This document shows, one piece after another, positions 43,661 through 53,718 of a DNA stretch of 64,000 nt (its first letter is position 1; each line of letters begins with the position of its first letter). Source of the DNA: an uncultured Chthonomonadaceae bacterium (lineage in GTDB: Bacteria > Armatimonadota > Chthonomonadetes > Chthonomonadales > Chthonomonadaceae); the NCBI GenBank assembly GCA_963817895.1, contig CAWFQB010000004.1:384001-448000 (forward strand), given 5' to 3'. The notes under the pieces were generated by a model. It did no database searches and was not told the origin of the DNA. It was given only the letters and a program-made list of their open reading frames with translations. The position numbers were made by a program, and so were the translations under genes.

Positions 43661-45315
43661 TCATTCCGCGTCGGCGTCGAAGAGTTGGGGATGGGCGAGG
43701 GTTTCGGTGACGGTTCGGGCGGATTTGAGAACTTCCAGGCTCATGGGAATGTCCAGACGCGAACCGGCTTCAAGCATTTCGGCAATGGTGACAATGAGGA
43801 TGCGGGGATAGGTTTTGCCCATCAGCGGGTGCGCGTAAAAGCCCGCCGCGCTCGCCTCGTCGCGCATTCCTCTGGTGGCGTCTTGCAGCGTAAGGAACAC
43901 GGCGAGTTCGGCCCCTACACGCTGCCGGTCATTGTTGAGTTTGGCAATGTCGCCCCGTCCCACGTTCCCGCTTTTCACCTGAAACACGATTTTGGCGTTG
44001 TCGTCCTTGCCCGTGAGGAAATAGGCCATGCCGTCAATGCCGCCATCCCCGCCCTTTTTGTCGTTGATAAGCGCGCGGTTGTGCGAATACGTGAGGACGG
44101 CCCACTTCTCGAACTCTTTGCGAACGCGGTCATCCTTTTTGTGGGCAAGCGCGTTGGCCGCTTCCATATCGCGGGGAACGCCGTTGAGCGTGAGCGTGTC
44201 CAGAACGCCCTTGCCGTACTGCGCTTCCAATCGGCGCAAAATCAGGGCAATGCTCTGGTAGGTAATGTCTATGCCGATCCATTTGCGTTTGAGGCGTTCG
44301 GCAACCGCGACCGTAGTTCCGCACCCGCAGTAAGCGTCCAGAACCACATCGCCCTCGTTGGAAGACGCGGCAATAATTCTTTCGAGAAGCGATTCCGGCT
44401 TTTGTGTTGGGTAGCCAAGACGTTCTGATGCCGTATTTCCAATGCGTTCAATATCTGCCCACACGCTGCCGATGGGCTTCCCTTGCTTCTCGTCAAGAAA
44501 CACTTTGCGCCCGTCAAGGCGCGGAGTGCCGTCTTGTTTCGTTAAAATCAAGCCCTGTTCCCATAACGCTTCCAGTTGTTCTTCGGAAAAGCCCCAACCT
44601 CTGTGCGGCGGCGGAGTCGATCCACGCCATGTAAAATTACGGTGCGCGTTGCCGGTCATTGTCAAATCCTGCCCCGTGACCATGCGCCCCGTAGCCGCGT
44701 CAAGACTGTAGCGCTTCAATTGTTGCGGCGCGAAATCGGTGTACTGAGGATTCCATGTATACCTGTCCGATTTGGTATAGAAGAAAATTGTATCCTGAAC
44801 GCGGGCAAAGTATTTTGACGCGACATTATGGGAGTTTGTGCGCGTCCAGACAATCTCGTTTTTGAAGTCACCGCCATTGGATACGAAAATCGTGTCCAGA
44901 ACAAGTTTGAGATAATGTGACGCGGTGGGGTCGCAATGCAGGTAGAAACTGCCGGTGGGTTTGAGGACGCGGTGAATTTCGGTTATGCGCAGGGCCATGC
45001 TGACGAGATAGGCGAGCAGGCTGCCCTTTTTCAGCACGGGCGCGAGTCCTTTGAGCAGGTCTACAGTTTGGGACGCGAACCGGGCGTGGTCGTTGGCGAG
45101 GATTTCCGCGAAGCCCGCGTCCGCCTGCGCGTCCCACACCCATGTATCCACAAACGCCTGCGCCTGCGCCCGGTCTTCGCTCCCGACGTTGTTATAAATC
45201 TGGTTGTAATTTCGTTTGGATTGAAAGGGGGATCAGAGTAGCAAAGGTCAATGGTTTCATCCCGGACGTATTTGCGCAGAACTTCCAGATTATCGCCGTA
45301 GTAGAGTGTGTTCAC
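43661..45315 (-). CDS. Beta-class amino-DNA methyltransferase fused to Mrr-like nuclease domain; frameshift near 45220
   Basis: LYYGDNL, DPPFN, YLHCDPTASHYLK, GYPTQKPESLLERII, VLDAYCGCGTT; C-terminal DGGIDG...FQVKSG. Confidence 0.9.
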
Positions 45316-45380
45316 CCAATCCCCCGATTTCCTGTCCTGCCGCGTTCGCCGCGCAGGAGAGGGGCAGACAGTTTGCTGAT

Positions 45381-45764
45381 CTATTTGTTGGAAGGCGTCG
45401 GAGTTGTTAAAGGCCGGGAGGATTGTCTGTTGGCGCTGCGCGACTGTTTCGGAGTCGTGACAGTACCTGAAGAGGTCGGATTTGCCCGAACGATGCTTTC
45501 CAAATCAGAAACCGTGCAGCTATAACCGATGTTTGTTAGCTGCTGAACAGGATTCCAATCTAATGGTTCCGGTCGTCCCTGCTTGCCCCATGCCCAACGC
45601 GCCCCGCGTGAAATCCAGTCCTCACGCAGTTCCGCAACCGTCCAATCTACGTCGTTAACGTAGAAGGCAAAGAAACAGCAGGGGCAAAGGGCGTCCACTT
45701 CCGGCGCAAAGTCGAGTTCGTAACCACACACCGGGCAATTGCTGCCATATTTTACATTGTTCAT
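45381..45764 (-). CDS. CPCC-type cysteine-rich protein, putative immunity protein
   Basis: CPVCGY...CPCC; ATGA overlap with the upstream toxin-like gene. Confidence 0.7.
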   Translation of the reverse strand: MNNVKYGSNCPVCGYELDFAPEVDALCPCCFFAFYVNDVDWTVAELREDWISRGARWAWGKQGRPEPLDWNPVQQLTNIGYSCTVSDLESIVRANPTSSGTVTTPKQSRSANRQSSRPLTTPTPSNK

Positions 45765-46108
45765 CTTGCACACTCATCCAAAAAATACTGGTAGTTGCTG
45801 GTACGCTTATGCGTCTTGTCGCGTGGCGTACCGGGAGGCGCAGCGCTGTACATCATCGGCTTGAAGTACGTCTTGATAATGCCGTTGGCGCGTACAACAG
45901 CAAACTCATTGGTGTTCTTGTCGTAGCGAACCGTCTCTCCATTGGAGCGGGTACATTCTTCAATATCTCCACCCGAAACAAGGGGTTTGTTCAAGAAATC
46001 GCGCGCCTGACTCTCATAGTCGTAGGCATCAATCACACTGAAGTCACTGCCATGGTTTCCATAATGGTCAAGACGGAAGAGTGGGTCAAAGTTGGTAGCG
46101 ACTGGCAC
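45761..46108 (-). CDS. Small protein resembling a polymorphic-toxin C-terminal nuclease domain
   Basis: HYGNHGSDF...YESQARDFL...NGETVRYDKNTNEFAVVRANGIIKTYFKP. Confidence 0.6.
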   Translation of the reverse strand: MPVATNFDPLFRLDHYGNHGSDFSVIDAYDYESQARDFLNKPLVSGGDIEECTRSNGETVRYDKNTNEFAVVRANGIIKTYFKPMMYSAAPPGTPRDKTHKRTSNYQYFLDECAR

Positions 46109-46153
46109 TATACGTAACCTCTGTTTAGATTATACCATTCAAACAGAAATAGA

Positions 46154-46681
46154 TTATACCACGACGCGGCAACCGCAGGCGAAGGTCAGTTGAACGGGTG
46201 AATCGTGTTCCTCCGTCTGTCCGTCGTGATAGTGGGAAACGCGATTGCTTGCCGGATCAAAGAGTACAATGTCGGGAATGGCTTGCGCGAGATAGAACGG
46301 CAGGCTGATTTCTGTATCCTTCTTCTCGTAGCCCGCGCTGATGATTTCAATCACGGCTTCGGGCAGGGCGGTAATGGCTCTGTCCTGATTCGCAGGCTCG
46401 GCACAGTAGACGGCAATATCGGGGCGTTTGAGGGAACCATCGGGAAACAGAATCGTTACATCGGCGACGGGAATACAGGCGTAGCCGTCGTGACCGGCGT
46501 TGGAAAGCAGCGATACCTGCATATCAAGCGTTTTCTTCTGGTGGCGATACACGGGCATCGCTTCCCATACCGGAATCCCATTGACGTATTCCAGTTTGAC
46601 GCCCGCCTGCCCCGGCCCGGTTTCCATCGCGTCCGTTATCAGCGTGAAAAGTTCGTCCGCGCCCGGCGTTCTCGTTGCCAA
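46154..46681 (-). CDS. Uma2 family endonuclease
   Basis: KLEYVNG...P..RHQ, KRPDIAV, PEAVIEIISAG...KKD, VLFDP. Confidence 0.85.
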   Translation of the reverse strand: MATRTPGADELFTLITDAMETGPGQAGVKLEYVNGIPVWEAMPVYRHQKKTLDMQVSLLSNAGHDGYACIPVADVTILFPDGSLKRPDIAVYCAEPANQDRAITALPEAVIEIISAGYEKKDTEISLPFYLAQAIPDIVLFDPASNRVSHYHDGQTEEHDSPVQLTFACGCRVVV

Positions 46682-46889
46682 CAGCCTGCCCCCGCTTTCT
46701 CATCGTGACACGTAAAATGGAGTTCCACAACAGCAGAACCCCCGGCAAAACTATGTCCGGATTTTCGACGCGCAGGCGGAAGATTCCTGCGCGGGAGGCT
46801 ACTTGCCCACCGACTTCAAGCAGGAAATGCTTCTCCCCCTGGCGAACATCCGCTCAAAATAGATAGCAGAAGAAAGCAGGAGGCAGAGC

Positions 46890-47888
46890 ATGTCGGATAC
46901 CTTGAAGATTTTTGTCGGGACGGCGGGGCAGGCGGTTTGGCGCAGCATGGACGGCGGCGAGACGTTTCGGCTGGCATGTGGCGACATGTTTATCGAAGCG
47001 GAAGTTCGCGTCCTCGCGGTTCATCCAACGGAACCGAATGTGCTTTATGCGGGTACGGACGCGGGTTTGTACCGTTCTGACAACGGCGGTGAACAGTGGG
47101 CGCGATTGGAAACGCCCTGGGACGAGGGGCAGGGCTGGCAGGCGGGAACGCTTGTCTGGTCCCTGCTCGTCCATCCGCAGAATCCGCAGCAACTTTATGC
47201 GGGTACGTGTCCGGGCGCGTTGTACCGTTCGCGGGACGCGGGCAAGTCGTGGCAGAAATTAAATGCGCCCATTAGCCCGACCTGCAACTACATCCGCTAC
47301 ACGCGGGTAACGTGCTTTTGCGCCGACCCGTCCGACGCCAACGTTGTCTGGGCAGGCGTGGAGATTGATGGCCTGTGGCGCAGCGGGGATGGCGGCGAAA
47401 CCTGGGAACGGCGCGACACAGGCATGAGTTCGCCCGACATTCATTCCCTCACCATCCTGCCTTCTACGGATACGCGCCCGCAAACCATTATCGCCAGCAC
47501 CAATAATGACCTGAACATCAGCGTGGATGGGGGCCAAACCTGGCAGCCGCAGAACGTCGCGTCCCATTTTCCGCACCGCTACTGCCGGGGCATTGTCCAC
47601 AAAGCCGACGATCCGCAAACCCTCTTTGTCGGTAATGGCAGTGGCCCTCCCGGCAACACCGGCAACCTGCAAATATCACGCGACGGCGGACGTTCGTGGC
47701 AGCAGGCCGAACTCGCCCCCACGCCCAACAGCACACTTTGGACATTCGCCACCCATCCCGCCCTGCCCGACACCATTGTTGCCGCCTGCATTTTGGGTTA
47801 CGTCTATATCAGTGAAAATGGCGGAACCGCGTGGCGCAAACTGTCCCATGAGTTTGGAGAAATCCGTTCCCTCGCGCTCACCCCCTGA
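46890..47888 (+). CDS. BNR/Asp-box repeat beta-propeller protein
   Basis: Repeated SxDGGxTW/SW motifs (RSMDGGETF, RSDNGGEQW, RSRDAGKSW, RSGDGGETW, ISVDGGQTW, ISRDGGRSW, ISENGGTAW). Confidence 0.88.
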   Translation: MSDTLKIFVGTAGQAVWRSMDGGETFRLACGDMFIEAEVRVLAVHPTEPNVLYAGTDAGLYRSDNGGEQWARLETPWDEGQGWQAGTLVWSLLVHPQNPQQLYAGTCPGALYRSRDAGKSWQKLNAPISPTCNYIRYTRVTCFCADPSDANVVWAGVEIDGLWRSGDGGETWERRDTGMSSPDIHSLTILPSTDTRPQTIIASTNNDLNISVDGGQTWQPQNVASHFPHRYCRGIVHKADDPQTLFVGNGSGPPGNTGNLQISRDGGRSWQQAELAPTPNSTLWTFATHPALPDTIVAACILGYVYISENGGTAWRKLSHEFGEIRSLALTP

Positions 47889-48056
47889 CATTTTCCTGCG
47901 GTTGAATTTACGCTGTAAATGATGCAACCTGAAAAGCGTTACGCCTGTCATAGCGATAGGCGTTCGTTTCCACGTCATAAGCCTTGTTCAGTGTGACATC
48001 AGGGAGAGGAACGCTTTTCAGAAGGATGCCCAACAAGAAACAACGAATATATCGCC

Positions 48057-49139
48057 ATGCTGAACACTACGCCGATTACGCCCGGAAAACTGTACGATTG
48101 CCTGCACACGCTGTACCAATTGCGCCTGCCCGCCTATCTTGCCGGCCCGCCCGGTATCGGCAAATCGGCCGTGATACGCAAGTACGCGCAGGAGAACGGC
48201 CTGCAATTGGTTACGCTCATGCTGTCGCAGATTGAGCCTTCCGATGTGCGCGGCCTGCCGTTTCTGGATAAGGAGGCGGGGCGAACCCGCTGGCTGATTC
48301 CCGAATTCTACCCGGACAGCGACTCCGACTCGCGGGGCATCCTGTTTCTGGATGAACTGGCGAACGCCGAACCCCGCGTACAGGTGGCCGCGTATCAACT
48401 GCTGCTGGATCGCAAGGTGGGCGAGTATGAATTGCCGCCGGGTTGGGTGTGCTTTGCGGCGGGAAACCGGCTGGAAGACAACGCCAACGTGTACGAAATG
48501 TCGTCCGCGCTGGCCGACCGGCTGGTTTTCTTCAACGTTTCGTGCGAACCCCGCGACTGGCTGAAATGGGCGCGCGACAACGACATCGCGCCTGAAGTTC
48601 TCGCCTTTATTCAGGTGAAGCCGGACTTTCTCAACGGCAACCAGATGCAGCAGGCGGCGGATCAGATTATTGTGCCGACGCCGCGCAGTTGGGAGCGCGT
48701 GTCGCAAATCGTGAAGGCGGAAAAGAACGCCGAAGTGCGTCAGTTTCTGCTGTCGGGCATCATCGGGGAGGGCGCGAGCGTGGAGTTCTTTCATGTGTTG
48801 GAGGAGATACGCGAACTGCCGCCGATGGAAACCCTGTTCCGCCTGTCCCCGGAAGAGGCGCGGCGCGTGTTTCCTAAAAGCGTGGCGGGCCTGTACGGAC
48901 TGGCGTACAGCGTCACCGCGTACTGCAATGACCTGGAAACCTTCCGCAGGGGCGTGTTGATTTTCAACGAACTGGATCAGGTCGGCCGCAATCTCCCCGG
49001 CGCGGAAATCCAGACGCTGGCAATGGAAATCCTGAATGACAAAGCCGGCAAAATGGGCCTGTGGCAGAAACTGGCCCTGTCGCCGGAGTATGGCATCTAC
49101 CGCAAAAAAGGGCAGCAGGTCTCCCATGTTGGATTGTAA
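48057..49139 (+). CDS. MoxR-type AAA+ ATPase
   Basis: Walker A GPPGIGKS, DVRGLP, Walker B ILFLDEL, sensor AAGNR, ALADRL, PTPRSWERVS. Confidence 0.9.
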   Translation: MLNTTPITPGKLYDCLHTLYQLRLPAYLAGPPGIGKSAVIRKYAQENGLQLVTLMLSQIEPSDVRGLPFLDKEAGRTRWLIPEFYPDSDSDSRGILFLDELANAEPRVQVAAYQLLLDRKVGEYELPPGWVCFAAGNRLEDNANVYEMSSALADRLVFFNVSCEPRDWLKWARDNDIAPEVLAFIQVKPDFLNGNQMQQAADQIIVPTPRSWERVSQIVKAEKNAEVRQFLLSGIIGEGASVEFFHVLEEIRELPPMETLFRLSPEEARRVFPKSVAGLYGLAYSVTAYCNDLETFRRGVLIFNELDQVGRNLPGAEIQTLAMEILNDKAGKMGLWQKLALSPEYGIYRKKGQQVSHVGL

Positions 49140-49150
49140 AAGGCAAACGT

Positions 49151-50401
49151 ATGGAAACTCCTGACAACGCTAACCAACAGACAGCGGCCAGTCACAATAT
49201 AGAGCAGGAAGACGCGGTAAAACGGGCCATGCGCTACGCGGTTACGCAAAGTCCCGGCTTTGCCGCGATTGCGCTCTGGTGTCCCTGGAAAATAGACAAC
49301 AAAGCGGAGTGGGTGGCCTGCACGGACGGCAAAACCATTCGCTTCGGACAGCGATTTTTCACCAATTACACGCCCCTGGAGCAGACAGCCATTCTGACGC
49401 ATGAGATCATGCACGTCGCGCTGCGCCATATTCCGCGCCTGAAAAAAGGCCGTTTCGACCCGCTTGTGTGGAACATCGCTACAGATGCGATCATCAATGA
49501 GGCTGTGGGCAAAATGGCCTGGCTGAACCTGCCCGAAGACGGCGTTCGACTGAATAAATTGCTGACCGCGCAGGAGTTGCAGGATACGCCCGCGCATGAG
49601 TGGACGAGCGAAAGTTTGTACGCGCATCTGCTTAAAAACAAGTCGCATCTGTTGAGACTGCTGAAAGATTTTTTTGGCGACCTGATTCTGGTTCCCGGTG
49701 GAAGCGGCATCTTCGGTGAGGGTGATCTGGCAGACACGACGGACCTGCCGCTGGAAGAGAAAATCTGGAAGGAGCGGCTGATGCGGGCGCAGGCGGGCGA
49801 CCGTCCGGGCGGCCTGATGCGCGCCATGAGCCACGATTTTCCCGAGGACAAAGTGGAATGGGAGAAACTGTTGCGCCGTTTGATGACGCAGCCACTCCTG
49901 CCGCAAACCAAACTCAACTGGAATCGTCCAAGCCGTCGGACACTGGCGCTTGGCGGCGATTACTGGGAACCCGGCAACCGCCCGCGCGATGGCCTGCCAA
50001 CGGCGGGCGTTGTCGTGGATACGTCCGGCAGTATTGATGATGCTCTGCTGACGCGATTCGCGACGGAAATTCAGGGCATACAGCAGCGTGTCGGCTGCCA
50101 CATCTATCTCCTCAGCGCGGACGCCGAAGTGCAATCGGAACAGGTCATCCGCAACGACGGCAAATCGTTCAAGGAAAAAGTGAGGCAGGGCGCGGTACAA
50201 TTCAAGGGGGGCGGCGGCACAGACTTTTACCCGGCCTTGCAGCGCATGAAGGAAAAGAGAGTGCGCGTCTGCGTGTACCTGACCGACCTGTACGGCAACT
50301 TCGGTGAGGAAACCAAATATCCGTTTCCCATTATCTGGGCCAGCATCACGAAAGACCTGCAAGCGCCCTTCGGCAAAACCATTTATATTGGCGAGGATTA
50401 A
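49151..50401 (+). CDS. HExxH metallopeptidase-like + vWA-like domain protein (DUF2201 type)
   Basis: ACTDG, THEIMHVALRH, WNIATDAIIN; MIDAS VVVDTSGSI, GGGGTDF, YLTDLYG. Confidence 0.88.
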   Translation: METPDNANQQTAASHNIEQEDAVKRAMRYAVTQSPGFAAIALWCPWKIDNKAEWVACTDGKTIRFGQRFFTNYTPLEQTAILTHEIMHVALRHIPRLKKGRFDPLVWNIATDAIINEAVGKMAWLNLPEDGVRLNKLLTAQELQDTPAHEWTSESLYAHLLKNKSHLLRLLKDFFGDLILVPGGSGIFGEGDLADTTDLPLEEKIWKERLMRAQAGDRPGGLMRAMSHDFPEDKVEWEKLLRRLMTQPLLPQTKLNWNRPSRRTLALGGDYWEPGNRPRDGLPTAGVVVDTSGSIDDALLTRFATEIQGIQQRVGCHIYLLSADAEVQSEQVIRNDGKSFKEKVRQGAVQFKGGGGTDFYPALQRMKEKRVRVCVYLTDLYGNFGEETKYPFPIIWASITKDLQAPFGKTIYIGED

Positions 50402-50406
50402 GCGAG

Positions 50407-51528
50407 ATGCGAAACAAACATTCGATGCCTCTATCTGAAACCAACGCATTGCCGCCCAGTAATCCGACATTGTATTTTTCGGGATGGGGCTACGATGAGC
50501 GCAATGACCAATCAAGTCAGGATAAAGGGGCGAACGTTCAGGTTGTAACAACAGCCGGGCAATCGTTTGTGTTGCGCAAAATTCGAGACTACATATTTTT
50601 CCGTCGTTGTGGCGAAACAGACGAGCGCGTCAGTTGGTTTCTGCTGGAACACTGCGCGGATGCGTGTAAGTACAAAATTAAGATGTTTCTACAGGAACCC
50701 GCCCCTGATGATTGGAAGGACGATATCAGGGAGTTTCCACAGGAGAAATTTGCAGAAGCGTATGCGCGTCAGGCGTATGGCCGCTGCCTGCTGCATGTTT
50801 CTCCTTCCGCGCAAAAGGGCGAAAGTGGGATGGTGTGCCTGTCACCCGACAACTGCGATTCCTTTGTCCTGAACCGGTCAGGATGTCTCATGGTGCGCTT
50901 CGACTTTCAAAGCGTGATGGAAATGTCCTGGGAGGAACTGCTGTCTGCCGACCTTGAAGCATTGCGCCCCCGGTGTCAATTGTTGCTTAAGATGGCAGCA
51001 CTGAGAGAAAAGGGACTTCATTCGACATCCATACCGTGGATCACACGCGAGTTTGTCAGCGGTTCTGAAGTGGAACTGCGCCGCCTGACGACCATCATTG
51101 CCCAGACCGAGCCGGAACTGTTTGAGAAGAGCGCAGAACCGGTGACAGTGATATATCAGGCGGAAACGGCTGTTAAGCTGGCCCACATAATGCAGATACA
51201 GCGTCGCGGCGCCGGTGGCTACATGGAGGAGTATACCGCTCCTCTGAAAAGATTACGGTATTTATGCGCTCTCGCCCTCCATCAAAACACTTTCATCGGC
51301 GAGGATTGCAGAACGCGCTTCGACTACGGGCAGCAGTGTGGGAGAGTTGTTTACTTTGCGGCTTGGTACGGCGGATTCGACAAAGTTGTGGCGAAGGTGG
51401 AAATTACTGTGCATCCTCCTTCCAACCATGAGCGCGCTGAGTCGCTTTTGAGCCTGTCTGACTGGCTGGAAGGCAAAGTGTCTTCGCCAAAACGCCTGCG
51501 CCTGCTGGGGCTGGACGAGAAAAGATAG
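50407..51528 (+). CDS. Unknown-family paralogue 1 (HERAE-tail family)
   Basis: LYFSGWGYDER, YGRCLL, GSEVELRRLT, LCALALHQNTFIG, PPSNHERAESLLSLSDWLEGKV. Confidence 0.85.
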   Translation: MRNKHSMPLSETNALPPSNPTLYFSGWGYDERNDQSSQDKGANVQVVTTAGQSFVLRKIRDYIFFRRCGETDERVSWFLLEHCADACKYKIKMFLQEPAPDDWKDDIREFPQEKFAEAYARQAYGRCLLHVSPSAQKGESGMVCLSPDNCDSFVLNRSGCLMVRFDFQSVMEMSWEELLSADLEALRPRCQLLLKMAALREKGLHSTSIPWITREFVSGSEVELRRLTTIIAQTEPELFEKSAEPVTVIYQAETAVKLAHIMQIQRRGAGGYMEEYTAPLKRLRYLCALALHQNTFIGEDCRTRFDYGQQCGRVVYFAAWYGGFDKVVAKVEITVHPPSNHERAESLLSLSDWLEGKVSSPKRLRLLGLDEKR

Positions 51529-51620
51529 CAGGACAACAACGCAGAGGCGCAAGAGCAAAAGCCATGAGCATCGAAACGTAAGAAGAAAATCATAAAAGTA
51601 GAGCCGTAAGGACACAAGCT

Positions 51621-52637
51621 ATGGATACAGAGGAAGAAATGCAGACCGGACTCTTCTTTTCCTGCGGGTATTATGACAGCCGCGAGGCGGAACAGTATGA
51701 GCGCGAAGAGGGTCTGGATGCCGTCGCCGTGAAAATCGGCAGGCGCATATTCGCCGCGAGAACGATGGCCGGGTACGCCCTGTTCCGGGATGTGGAAGAC
51801 GAAGATGAGCGAGCGGCTTTGTTTATCGCGCAGCCCTATGTGGCAAGCGAATCCGATCCGCGCTATTTCAACAGGCAGTGGTTTGTTCAACAATGGAAAC
51901 AGGGCGCGTTCGGACGCTGCTTAATCTTCGTTGCCCCCTATATGACGCAGTGGCAGTGCGCCCATATTCTGTTTCGGCCCGACGGCACAGGGCTTGCGGC
52001 AGACACCTTTGAAAATCCCTTGTTGGAGTTTGTGTGGAGGGAAGCGACGCCGCTGTCATGGCCGGAACTGCTACAGGCCGACCCGGACGATTTGCAGCCG
52101 CTTTGCAAAACCATTTTCGAGACACAGGTGAATACGCGCATTGTCAACGCCTACCTTGCGCCGCTTGGCATAACGCCCGAAGATTTTGTGGACGTGCCGC
52201 CCCGGTTCGAGTGTGGTTCCGAGCAGGAATTGCGCCGACTTACCGTTGCCATTCTCCATTCGCACCCCGGCTTGTTTGAAGATAACGCGAAGACGATTAC
52301 CATCAAGTATCGCGCCAGAACCGCGAACAAGCGGGCGTTTATGGCACTGATAGATCGGTATGACGCGGAACCCATGCCGCATCTGGGACGGCTGCAATCC
52401 CTGTGCGATCTGGCCCTGCGCCTGAATACCTTTGTGGGCGAAACCTGGACACACTGGATGGACACGCCCACCCGCAAGGGTGACTTCGACAAACAGATGC
52501 ACAAAATATTTGTGGAAGCGCAGCCGCCCTCCGCCCACGAACGCGCCGAGTCCCTCCTGCTGCTTAACGATTGGCTCATGAATAAAGTTCGCCCGGAAAA
52601 ACGCCTGCGCCTGCTCGGTATTGACGCGGAAGAATAG
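51621..52637 (+). CDS. Unknown-family paralogue 2
   Basis: FGRCLI, PDGTG, GSEQELRRLT, LCDLALRLNTFVG, PPSAHERAESLLLLNDWLMNKV. Confidence 0.85.
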   Translation: MDTEEEMQTGLFFSCGYYDSREAEQYEREEGLDAVAVKIGRRIFAARTMAGYALFRDVEDEDERAALFIAQPYVASESDPRYFNRQWFVQQWKQGAFGRCLIFVAPYMTQWQCAHILFRPDGTGLAADTFENPLLEFVWREATPLSWPELLQADPDDLQPLCKTIFETQVNTRIVNAYLAPLGITPEDFVDVPPRFECGSEQELRRLTVAILHSHPGLFEDNAKTITIKYRARTANKRAFMALIDRYDAEPMPHLGRLQSLCDLALRLNTFVGETWTHWMDTPTRKGDFDKQMHKIFVEAQPPSAHERAESLLLLNDWLMNKVRPEKRLRLLGIDAEE

Positions 52638-52665
52638 AATTACACCACATGAAAGAGCCAACGAG

Positions 52666-53718
52666 ATGAATTGGTTTCGTAAGCGCGGGGAGACCACCCC
52701 GAAGATAGCCACCCTGCATTTTGCCGGGTGGGGCTACGATGATCGCGAGGACGCCAACGTTTATCGTGAGGAGGGTGCGAATGTTCTCGTCGTGGAAACG
52801 GGCAAACAGGCGTTTATTCTGCGTGAAATGACTAATTATGTGTTCTTCCGGCGTCGGGACGAATCCGATGAACGCGCCTCCTGGTTCCTGCTGGAAGATT
52901 ACAAACATGGCTTTCTAAATGGTGGCTGGCGGGGCGATATAAAGAGATTTCCGCCGCAGACGTTTATTGAAGATCACGCGAAACAGGCATATGGCCGTTG
53001 CCTGCTGTATGTGGCCGACTTTATGAAGGAGCATCAGTGCGCGTTTCTGTGCTTTGCCCCCGATGGAACCGGCTTTGCCATTGACTACACCGAGGAACGA
53101 TTGGTGGATTTTCGCTGGCAGGACATAACGCGAATGGAGTGGCCGGAACTGCGCGAAGCCGACCCGGAGAGTTTGCGCCCCCTCTGTCGGGCCGTGTTCG
53201 ATTCGCTGGTACATCCGCGCCTGACCAATCCTTACATTAACCCCAACAGCCTGAAAGACATTCCGCATGAGTTTATCAGCGGCTCCGAGCAGGAACTCCG
53301 CCGCCTGACAACGATTATTGTTCAAACGCAGCCGGGATTATTTGACGAGGAGTTGAAACCCGTTACCGTCGTTTATCGGGCGCAGACGCCCACAAAGCGG
53401 GCGTATATGGTGCGGGTAATGCGCGGAGGGGAGAATGACTATGCGGAAAGCGTCACCGAACGATTGGGACGGCTGCAATCTCTGTGCGACCTTGCTTTGC
53501 GCCTGAACACCTTTACGGGCGTGAAATGGGAGGAATGGGACGAAAATCCGAATCGCCTGGGGCATTTCATAAAAGAGGTTCGGCAAGCGCGTATCGAAGT
53601 GCAGCCCCCCACCGCCCACGAACGCGCCGAGTCGCTGTTGAGCCTTGCCGACTGGCTGCAAGGCAAAGTGCGCGAGGAGAAAAGGCTGCGACTGCTCGGC
53701 GTGGAAAATGATTCATGA
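52666..53718 (+). CDS. Unknown-family paralogue 3
   Basis: LHFAGWGYDDR, YGRCLL, GSEQELRRLT, LCDLALRLNTFTG, PPTAHERAESLLSLADWLQGKV. Confidence 0.85.
   Translation: MNWFRKRGETTPKIATLHFAGWGYDDREDANVYREEGANVLVVETGKQAFILREMTNYVFFRRRDESDERASWFLLEDYKHGFLNGGWRGDIKRFPPQTFIEDHAKQAYGRCLLYVADFMKEHQCAFLCFAPDGTGFAIDYTEERLVDFRWQDITRMEWPELREADPESLRPLCRAVFDSLVHPRLTNPYINPNSLKDIPHEFISGSEQELRRLTTIIVQTQPGLFDEELKPVTVVYRAQTPTKRAYMVRVMRGGENDYAESVTERLGRLQSLCDLALRLNTFTGVKWEEWDENPNRLGHFIKEVRQARIEVQPPTAHERAESLLSLADWLQGKVREEKRLRLLGVENDS

Noticed and set aside
45200..45230. Phase variation of the MTase-Mrr fusion at its frameshift
   Set aside because: No long simple-sequence tract at the site; one missing T restores DPPFNSKRNY, consistent with a sequencing indel.
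52621..52665. Upstream in-frame extension of paralogue 3 reading TPHERANE, similar to the HERAE motif
   Set aside because: Short match with no nucleotide similarity to the real motif, overlapping the previous gene's end; probably chance.
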